The notes below the pieces were generated by a model. The model saw only the letters and a list, made by a program, of their open reading frames with translations. It searched no databases and had not been told where the DNA came from. A DNA stretch of 64,000 bases from Octopus vulgaris (lineage: Eukaryota), in NCBI GenBank assembly GCA_951406725.2, contig OX597815.1, positions 84,692,001-84,756,000 of the forward strand, given 5' to 3'. Positions 54,573 to 64,000 of the stretch are shown here, piece after piece. Position 1 is the stretch's first letter. Each line of letters begins with the position of its first letter. The translations under genes were made by a program, and so were the position numbers.

Positions 54573-55616
54573 CCTTTGCTGTTCGAAGATTTAATATCTT
54601 CATCATATTTGGTTGTAGACTGATATTTCTCACTATTTTAGTACAGGAAGGAAAAGCAAAATTTGTCTCTGTAAAAACAATTTTTCCAGAGACAGTATAT
54701 CAAGGGTTACATCTTCAGATGTGTTCTTCTATTCTTAAAACAGTGGTTGGATTGGGCTCAAAAGAAATTTAGCTGTTATTTTTAACAGGTCCGGTGACCA
54801 CGTTAAAGCTTACGTGAAACCTACTTACAACTAGATGAAGTGAGCCACTGGACAGTGAGATGACAACACTTTTGATAGAACATATTACTGATAACGAGAA
54901 ATGAATCAGACAGACCTGGACTGGTAATACAACCAAACCTTTTTGACATGGCTATCAATGCTGTCTTTTTCTAACTGCATAATTATTCCTAGTTACCTTT
55001 TTAATCTTCATCCCATTCAATATGTTAACTCTGTTTTATCCTTCTATCTACAGTTGACCAACATCAAACTTGGAAATGAAACAAAACTTAATACGGCGTG
55101 GTACATTTTCGCTTAGCTTACAGTTAGATTATAAACAGATTTGAATCTGATGTTTGTAATGTTAAGACTTCTAATACATAAAAGCGAGTGCATAGCCTCT
55201 AGAGATACCCCAACCAGTTTCGAAACCAATAGAAAAATATCTTTTATTTTGACTACGAAGAAACTAGAAAGATGATCATTTGTTTAACGCGTCGCAGTAA
55301 CAGTTAGAATTTTTTACTGCTTGATAAGTTATACTCTGTATTCAATGCAATTTTCTAATATCCTCTCCCTGGGAGTTTATGTTCTATAATCGCAGGTTTC
55401 TAGAAATAAAGAAGGATCAACTTTCTTCTGTACGCCAAAATACAATATTCTGCTATCGTTTTAAATATTAATTTAGGTTCCATTTCTATGGAGCCACTAA
55501 TGAATTTCACTTGCTTCCAATTCCCTTGCAACTTAGCTAATTATTTCCCAACCATCTCTTAAAGTTTCTTTCCTTTCCTTCCCACTTCCTCCTCTCTTTC
55601 TCTCTCCTTCTTTTTC

Positions 55617-55666
<50 letters not shown>

Positions 55667-56639
55667 CTATCGCTCTTTACGTGTGTTTGTGTTTACTCTG
55701 CAACATATATTGTGTTGCCACTTTCTTGGCTTCTTTCTTCCATCGTTCTTTTTCCTTTCTCTCTCCCCTCTCTCTCACTCTCTCTCACACTTTCATTCTC
55801 TCTCTCCCCCCTTTCTTTCTTATCTTTCTATCTATCTATCTATCTATCTATCTCCCTCTATACATCTCTTCAGAATATCTACCTTTCTTGTATTCTTTCT
55901 CACTATTTCTTCTTATTGTTTCCCCCCCCCCTATTGCGCCCATTTTCTTTTTTCTCCAACCTTGATCAGTTTTAATCTTTTATCTCCTTTACTTTCACTT
56001 TCACTTTTCCCTTCTCGTTAGTAAATTTATATATTCTCTCTATTATCGCTTTCTCTCTCTACCTTTCTTACTCTCTCTCTATTTCTCTCTCTCTATTTCT
56101 CTCTCTCTCCCTTTCTCTCTCTCTCCCTTTCTCTTTCTCTCTCATCGCAAGGCAATTTGTCGAACCTGCGTTCACACAGTTTGATGTTTACCTTAATTTT
56201 TAATACACCTGTTATCGGTTGGCCTTGGTGTGCTGCGTGAATAACAAACTCTGCACTCTTCAATTAAGAGTTAACTTCCAAAGTAACCGTGGAAGATTTT
56301 CAATTATTCATATATTTCTAAAAACTGATCATTTCAAAATGTGTGCTTCGAAACTAGAGCAATGCAGTCGAAAATCAAATAGCGTAAACAATTAATCTGC
56401 ACTCTTTGTGCACATTTTGAGAACAACGATAATTAAATTTATACATCATTTTATCAGTTTCACCTACTTTCAGTCATATTTTATAATCGTTATCATTTTA
56501 TTGTAATATTCATATCGGAAAGCAATTTCAGGCTACAAAAACGAGATATCAAAAAGAGTGCATTTCATTTCCGGAAAAATTTGTCTATGTAATTTTAAGG
56601 GTGACGTGGGCAACTGATCGGAGTATAGTGTATCTTGAA

Positions 56640-56924
56640 CGGTGGTTCCCAAAGTAGGCGGTACTTCCCCCTGGGAGCGGTGGGATGATCCAGTGGGTAG
56701 CGTTGAAGAAAAGTGGGATGATAATGGGGTGGTTAAAAGCGAGTAAGGTATGTAAAATCAACAAAATAAAGCGTTAATTAGTTTAAGTTTTATTTGTGAA
56801 ATACAGTTCTTTTGAATTTGCTGCAGAAAGTGGTTTATGTTTGTGTTGGTAAGTGGTGGGAAGCGTTAGGAATGTGGCTCGAGTCCTAAGGAGCCAGCAA
56901 CCCGAAAAAGTTTGGAAACTATTG
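56640..56924. mobile_element. hAT (Buster-type) MITE, ~285 bp
   Basis: Ends CGGTGGTTCCCAAAGT / AGTTTGGAAACTATTG. 8-bp TSD ATCTTGAA (56632-56639) / ATCTAGAA (56925-56932). Confidence 0.82.
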
Positions 56925-57089
56925 ATCTAGAACAATTTACCTAGATGGAATTTATCGAAGAAATAGTTGTTCGAATTAATAATTCATAGAATAATATCAT
57001 GCATTAAAAAAACATAAGGTACATTGGCAAATTTTACTGATATGATATGTTTTATTAACTCTCGCACCGCGGAAATCTGATGTATTATA

Positions 57090-57310
57090 GGCGTAGGAGT
57101 GGCTGTGTGGTATGTAGCATGCTTACGAACCACATGGTTCCGGGTTCAGTCCCACTGCGTGGTACCTTGGGCAAGTGCCTTCTACTATAGTCTTGGGCCG
57201 ACCAAAGCCTTGTGAGTGGATTTGGTAGACGGAAACTGAAAGAAGCCCGTCGTATATATGTATATGTGTGTGTATGTGTGTGTGTGTGTACGTGTGTGTG
57301 TATGTATGTG

Positions 57311-57373
<63 letters not shown>

Positions 57374-57534
57374 CTGTGTCTGTGTTTGTCTGTGTTTCTA
57401 TCAGTCTGTGTTTGACCGATAGAATACGTACTAGGCTTACAAAGAATAAGTCCTGGGGTTGATTTGCTCGACTAAAGGCGGTGCTCCAGCATGGCCACAG
57501 TCAAATGACTGAAACAAGTAAAAGAGTAAAAGAG
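57090..57534 (+). mobile_element. SINE family A copy with expanded (TG)n and an internal deletion
   Basis: Family A head and AAAAGAGT tail; the segment between the TG tract and GACCGATAGAATA is missing. Confidence 0.9.
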
Positions 57535-58407
57535 GATCCAGTCAAAATTTCATTACCTTTACCTGCGGAAAGTAGTTTTATATGACAGCCTAATGACTGT
57601 TACCAGATCATCCAAAGTCTTTAACATTGAATAGATAATAAAGACTACTCTAATCACAAAAATTCATACATACATTCATACATACATTCATACATACATT
57701 TCACACATACATACATACACACATACATACATACATACATACATACATACATACATACATACATACATACATACATACATACATACATACATTACACACA
57801 TACATATTTGCTCAAAGAAATTCAAATGTCCCTTCAACATTAATATTAACTATCAACCGAGGTCAGTTAACTTCTTAATGTATCCTTAGCTGATTCACTC
57901 ACTTTTCCCACTTTCTCTCTCTATCTCTCTCCTCTCTCTTTATCTATCTATCTATCTATCTCTATCTATCTTATCTATCTCTATCTCACTCTTTATCTAT
58001 CTGTCTATCTCTATCTATCTATCTATCTAGCTCATCTCCCAATTCTTCACATCTATCTCTCACGGCATTCACTAGACTCCCACGGTCGTGGCATTCGTTC
58101 GATCCGCCAACGGACACGATGAATGCCACGGCTCAGAAATGCAAGGATAGTAAACCTGCAGCCTTGATATTCACACTATCAACCCTGCAGACCATTCAGG
58201 CAGTTGAACTAGATTTGTTCAGATAACTGAACAATATTACCGCTTATTGTGCTATTTCCAGAACAATTAATATTCTGTCATCATTTCACAATACTGATAT
58301 ACTGTTTAGTTAATACGATATATGTGTATGTATATATATATAAAACTTAGATAAAACTTAGATATGTTTCGACCAAAGATTGGTCCAGGCCATGTCTAAC
58401 TTAATAG

Positions 58408-58459
<52 letters not shown>

Positions 58460-58595
58460 TGTACATTAGAACACATTAAGAGGCTTCCATCATAGGAAAG
58501 CCTTGTGCTAGAAAGAGCAGTAGAAAACTCAAACCACTAATTAGGGATAAATTCTCGAAAGGAATGAAAATTAAAAATACTTACCATCTAATTTA

Positions 58596-58669
58596 GCTCC
58601 TACACCATGGTTTCTGACTAATTATATTAAAAAAATATTTACTGAGGCCAGTCTTCATCAGTAGGTAGC
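58596..58669 (-). ncRNA. Type I hammerhead motif in a (TA)n-flanked insert (58457-58920); cleavage triplet is GUG
   Basis: Minus strand GCT-A-CCTA-CTGATGA-A-GACT...AGTC-A-GAAA-CCATGG-TG-TAGG-AGC. Stems I-III all pair and stem III is the palindrome ACCATGGT. G at position 17 should abolish cleavage. Confidence 0.68.
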
Positions 58670-58943
58670 CTTTTTGTGCCAGGGCACTGGTAATAATAAT
58701 TTCTATAATTCTTATTACCTTAATATTACTTATTATGTTTATATATATATTATAAGTAAACTTTGAAAGCGTCGAATGTGTTTGGTATTTTACAGACAAT
58801 AAAAGTAAATTTCGAACGCAAAATAGCTGTGGAAACAGGAGAAACGTTGAGCATTTTGCCCTTATAAGACCGAACATTTTTTTCCATCTTATAAAGATAA
58901 AATACCCAACCTTTATGATCATGTATGTGCGTGTGTATGTTGT

Positions 58944-58983
<40 letters not shown>

Positions 58984-58987
<4 letters not shown>

Positions 58988-59210
58988 AGATGTATGGTAA
59001 ATAAACTGAGTGTACAACCAAATGAGAATCTAATACAGAAGGTTCCTAACCCTTCATCAGTTATCAGCCAATTTAGTAATACTCAGTTTCGCACCTAAAT
59101 TGGTTAACTGATGAAGAATTAGGTACCTTCTGTCTTTGTCTCCCATCCGGTTGTACACTTAGTATGGATTTTTACATTTATTGATTAGCGGAACATTAAA
59201 CACACTGGAT

Positions 59211-59215
<5 letters not shown>
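58984..59215. repeat. (TA)n-flanked imperfect inverted repeat (~70-bp arms), probable PLE terminal remnant
   Basis: CTGAGTGTACAACC...ACAGAAGGTTCCTAACCCTTCATCAGTT...CCAATTTAG (59006-59076) versus CTAAATTGG.TAACTGATGAAGAATTAGGTACCTTCTGT...GGTTGTACACTTAG (59095-59162). Confidence 0.75.
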
Positions 59216-59243
<28 letters not shown>

Positions 59244-59396
59244 GAGTAATTGAATGAATTATCTTATTAAGGATAATTCGAAAGATAACCGATACCTGGG
59301 TAGCAAATTCACATCAGACAGAACACGGTTGAAGCTACGTCCCTAGGGCATAGACTACGTGTCTTCGTGCGGAAATGTGTATGTTTATTTTAAAAT

Positions 59397-59739
59397 TATA
59401 AGTAAATGAAAGAATGGAGTTGAACGACTAGTTAACAAATATCCTTTATTCTCGACATATGTTTCGAAGGCTGCATATTCCTAATTCCGAAGGAATAAGG
59501 AGTACATTATGCAGATTTCTCATCAGGAAAATCAAGGAACTTATGTCGACATCAAAATGCACAAAAAACTTTTAGCTGACCGCTCTCAAGGTCGACATAA
59601 GTTCCTTGATTTTCCTGATGAGAAATCTGCATAATGTACTCCTATTCCTTCGAAATTAGGAATATGCAGCCTTCGAAACATATGTCGAGAATAAAGGATA
59701 TTTGTTAACTAGTCGTTCAACTCCATTCTTTCATTTACT

Positions 59740-59743
<4 letters not shown>
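59397..59743. mobile_element. Near-perfect 154-bp inverted repeat with a 40-bp spacer; each arm carries a hammerhead (tail-out PLE terminal repeats)
   Basis: 59397-59550 versus 59591-59743 differ by one substitution and one 1-bp indel, by eye. Confidence 0.9.
59609..59692 (+). ncRNA. Type I hammerhead ribozyme, canonical core (mirror copy on the minus strand at 59448-59532)
   Basis: ATTTTC-CTGATGA-GAA(AT)CTGCATA...TATGCAG(CC)TTC-GAAA-CATATG-TC-GAGAAT. 6-bp stem I, long stem II, palindromic stem III ACATATGT, GUC triplet, and AATAAA just downstream. Confidence 0.85.
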
Positions 59744-59803
<60 letters not shown>

Positions 59804-59804
<1 letters not shown>

Positions 59805-61048
59805 GTTCGGCTGTTCCGAAAATAATAGCCGATTTCAGAAACATAATTTTTATTCTGGAAAAATTAACAATAGAAATGTTTTGATTAATTAAAGTATGAG
59901 CCGTGAACATCTATGCATCTGCCATCAATCAACGAGATTATGTATACCTCGTTGATAAAAACTTATTAGCTTTGATTCTAAGAAATCTTCGAAAGCTGAT
60001 TCCACCTCTGGTTTGCACCTGAAAGTTTTATCACTTAAAAACGGATCTTAATGCCTTGAAAAGCGGTAGTCAGTGGGTGAAAAATCAGGAGAATATGGGG
60101 AGTGTAGTAAAGTCTCGTATCCCAAGTCTGTGAGTTTCTGCAGCGTCATTTTTGCAACATATGGCTTTGCATTATCGTGGAGCAGAATTATCGATGAGAC
60201 CAATGCAGGTCTCATTCCTTGGATGTAAGCATGATTTCAACGAGTCGATTGCAGTAAATTGCTGTAATGATCTGATTGGCTTCCAGAAAGTTGTAATGGA
60301 CAACACCAATTGCAGACCACCAGACAGTCACCATAATCTTTTGCGGATGCAACTTTGGCTTAGGGAATTCTTTAGGAGACGCATCACGATCAAGCCATTG
60401 ACTTGATCGTTTACGGTTATCATAAAGGATCCACTTTTCGTCACAAGTAACTATTCGGTCAAGAAATGGATCATTGGTGTATCGCAGAAAGAGCATCGAG
60501 CACACTTCAAAACGCCAAAAGCTATTTGATTATCACTGAGCGCATGCGGTACCCATTTATCGAGCTTTTTCACCTTACCAATCTTCTGCAGATTGCGTGA
60601 GACCGTTGCAATACTGACACCAAGTGGCTGAGTTTTGTTCAACCATTGCTTTCAGTTGTTCATTGTCAAGACTACATGACCGTCCTCTACCTTCTTCCTC
60701 TTCAAGACTCTCATCAGCACTACGGAATTTCTTAAATCACCTTCGCACTGTGCGATCACTTGTTGATCCCACTCCCCATGCTCTGTTGATACTGGCAGTA
60801 GTTTGGGAGACAGTATGCCCAAGCTTGAACTCATGCAAGAAAAGTAAGCGAAGGTCCTTTTTTGTTATCTTCATAATTAAGGGCACCTATGCTTCAAGAA
60901 TGTTTTCTGTCTGAAGTAAATAACAAATTATTAAAGAGCATACATCAATTATTAAGTATATCGAAATTCACCTAAAATATAATTAAAATACAATGATAGA
61001 ATTGCATTTCAAAACACAACACAGAGCGGCTATACTTTTCGGAACAAC

Positions 61049-61054
<6 letters not shown>
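59804..61054 (-). mobile_element. Mariner (D,D34D) DNA transposon, near full length, defective, embedded in (TA)n
   Basis: TIRs TATTAGGTTGTTCCGAAAAGTATAGCCG (right end, reverse complement) versus TGTTCGGCTGTTCCGAAAATAATAGCCG (left end); about 1.25 kb. Confidence 0.92.
59890..60874 (-). pseudogene. Mariner transposase pseudogene (Hsmar1/SETMAR-like family)
   Basis: MKITKKDLRLLFLHEFKLG, GRGR, KWVPHAL, IVTCDEKWILYDN, LLHDNAKP, HSPYSPDFSPTDY; with stops and frameshifts. Confidence 0.92.
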
Positions 61055-61137
<83 letters not shown>

Positions 61138-61189
61138 ATGCATATATATACATACACACACATATACATATATACACACACACACACAC

Positions 61190-61256
<67 letters not shown>

Positions 61257-61361
61257 TATTAAACTGAGACTTCACTCTTTTGATATTTTGCTATTTCCAG
61301 TTTCCCATTACTACAAACGTCCTTCTACAATATGTTTAAGTAATATACATACATACATACA

Positions 61362-61396
<35 letters not shown>

Positions 61397-62581
61397 GTAT
61401 GTATGTACACATGCATGTATGCATGTACAAGCGCGCTCACACACACTCACATCTTATCTCCAATAAGTGATGTACTTCGTGGAAAGAAATTATGTTTATT
61501 GCTGATATTACCTAGTCTGCTGCTACTATCACTGCTGCTGCTGCTGCTGCCGTTGTCTCTATTGCTGCTAAATAATCGTATATTTTAATTTGTTTGAAAA
61601 TGCAATTATTTCAATAATATTTGATGGGTCTTCTCAAACCCTGAAGACAATGACGCTAGTAACTAATCTTTTTAAGAAAGATATTAAACTGTTTCTCTTT
61701 CATCGAGGGAAAAATAACACTAAATCCTTCAGAGACCATTGATTTAGACATCTGAAATTATATATCGTAATTAATAAGGTGTATTTGTTGCCAAAGTTAA
61801 CAGTGCAATATGGCGACTTTCACTAAAGCTATTCGTGGATGGGAAAGTGTCATACATTTGTTGTTGGAAATTTCGCTGTTTATAGACTTACGTTTGTTCT
61901 TTTGGATTCAGTCTTGTGGAATTTTGAATGAATGAATGAATGAATGAATGAATGAATGAATGAATGAATGAAAATATTTATAGATCGGTACAAGCGATGC
62001 ACGTGAAAAATTGCTTGACAGCATTGATAATAGGCACTGCGGGTGTAGGGTTCAAATTCATCTAAATAGTATAAAATCGATAGAAAAAGCATTATGATAC
62101 ACTGGTACGTAACAGATCGAGGGTGGTGGCGTATCAAAAACCGTAGGGTGCTTGACGAAATGTCAAAAAAACAGTGTTTTTGCTTAGCCCGTTTGCGTTC
62201 TAATTTCAATCTCACCGATACCGAAGTAGCCTTTCATCCTACTGAGTTCGATAAAAAAATGAATCGCATTTTAAGGGTTTGATTCAATCGACTGTACCCC
62301 TACCTTGTAAATGTGTGGCCTCTAGCCAATATAAGAAATCAATATATGGAATGGCGTAAAGTGAAAGTTCTGATAGCGTATCTCCGACTGGAAAATGCTT
62401 GTTACGTTTAGTTTAATAGTTGTTAAGCCTTTAATATGAAGGTGTTAGAAATAACGGTCTGTCCAAAACCATAAAGAAAGACATTTATACGTCATTAATG
62501 GAAATTTTTTAATGCTTCCATATCGGTATTGAACTAAGGAGATTTTACACAGCATTCTTTATTTTCTGCGTAAATGGATTC

Positions 62582-62667
62582 ATTATTATTATTATTATTA
62601 TTATTAACCTTACCATCATCATTATTACTACAATCATCGTCGTCGTCTTCATCATCATCATCATCAA

Positions 62668-62730
<63 letters not shown>

Positions 62731-62747
62731 CATTATCATCATTATTA

Positions 62748-62811
<64 letters not shown>
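62582..62811. repeat. (TTA)n/(TCA)n microsatellite
   Basis: Directly visible. Confidence 0.95.
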
Positions 62812-63301
62812 CAACTATCTCAACATTGTAAACGCTACGGTATATTCCCATCATAGTCTATCGGATAGTAATTTATCATGATTTCGACACATTCCGATAG
62901 AAGGAAACCCTTCTGCAATGCCTAGCAACATAAATGACAAAGGTTCAGAAAACACGAATGTTATGAAGGAGTTCCGAATATACTAACATCCAGGAAGATA
63001 GTAAAATGTTTCAAGATTAGAAAAAAAATAATAACGTGGGTAAGCCAAATATTGTTTCTCCAATTCAGGAATATAGAAGTAGGATTCTTTGTGCAATAGT
63101 TTGATCAACTATTGAGAATGAGATTTTTATGACATCCGCTTAAAATCTAGGAAACTAGGACTAGTCATTGAGCCAAGGGCTTGAGAAGAATGTAATATAC
63201 TGGTGTAGCTCGATCGATTATACTTCTCCCTATCAAAAATTTGCTAGCTGCAGAAAATCAATAGCGATAAAGCTTCTAGGATGATCTAACAAAAGCTGAA
63301 G

Positions 63302-63504
63302 TACTCTCTTACTTGTTTCAGTCATTTGACTGCAGCCATGCTGGAGCACCGCCTTTAGTCGAGCAAATCGACCCCAGGACTTATTCTTTGTAAGCCTAGT
63401 ACTTATTCTATCGGTCTCTTTTACCGAACTGCTAAGTTACGTGGACGTAAACACACCAGCATCGGTTGTCAAGCGATGTTGGGGGGAGAAACACAGACAC
63501 ACAA

Positions 63505-63576
<72 letters not shown>

Positions 63577-63738
63577 GAGGGGCTTCTTTCAGTTTCCGTC
63601 TACCAAATCCACTCACAAAGCTTTGGTCGGCCCGAAGTTATAGTAGAAGACACTTGCCCAAGGTGTCACGCAGTGGGAATGAACCCGGAACCATGTGGTT
63701 GGCGTGCAAGCTACTTACCACACAGCCACTCCTCCGCC
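63302..63738 (-). mobile_element. SINE family A copy
   Basis: Full reverse complement of family A, including the head GGCGGAGGAGTGGCTGTGTGGTAAG. Confidence 0.92.
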
Positions 63739-64000
63739 TAATTTTTTTAGAGTATTTGGTTCAAGTTATTTAATGTCTTGGGTTTCAATTTTACTAGGAC
63801 CCTATTGATATTAATCGCTGTCAGTGGATAATAAATAATAGTTAGGAACGAGGATCAGGTCGACCAACTGTACTTTTCCTTTAAATAAATTCTGACAAGT
63901 ATAGAGTGATGGAGTTTTAGATAGTAAACATTATTGTATTTGGTAAAGTTGCTTTAGATTTTAAGTTCAAATCTCACCCGTGTTAATTTTCTCCTCACAT

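Overview
AT-rich, microsatellite-saturated metazoan non-coding DNA, intergenic or deep intronic. The SINE families and repeat landscape look like those of an octopus or other coleoid cephalopod; this is inferred from recall, not a database match. I can support no host-gene exon, and nearly all ORFs in the supplied track are microsatellite read-through. The window is a layered transposon graveyard: (1) a full-length hAT/Buster element with TIRs and 8-bp TSD, plus a Buster-type MITE; (2) two mariner relics and a Helitron-like element; (3) CR1-like, RTE-like, L1/Tx1-ORF1-like and RLE-type (R4/Dong-like) LINE fragments; (4) several tRNA-derived SINE families; (5) many Penelope-like element (PLE) relics carrying minimal type I hammerhead ribozymes (HHRs). 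Three things stand out. First, a Penelope RT/GIY-YIG element has a 3' terminal repeat that is itself a tRNA-headed, hammerhead-tailed SINE-like unit, and this unit also occurs as a solo copy about 2 kb away; it is a candidate PLE-mobilised ribozyme SINE. Second, a nest of (TA)n-embedded, hammerhead-bearing inserts at 58.3-59.75 kb includes a near-perfect 154-bp inverted repeat. Third, a PLE inside a SINE's internal microsatellite is inverted exactly through its GIY-YIG motif. All coordinates and alignments were read by eye and may be off by a few bases.
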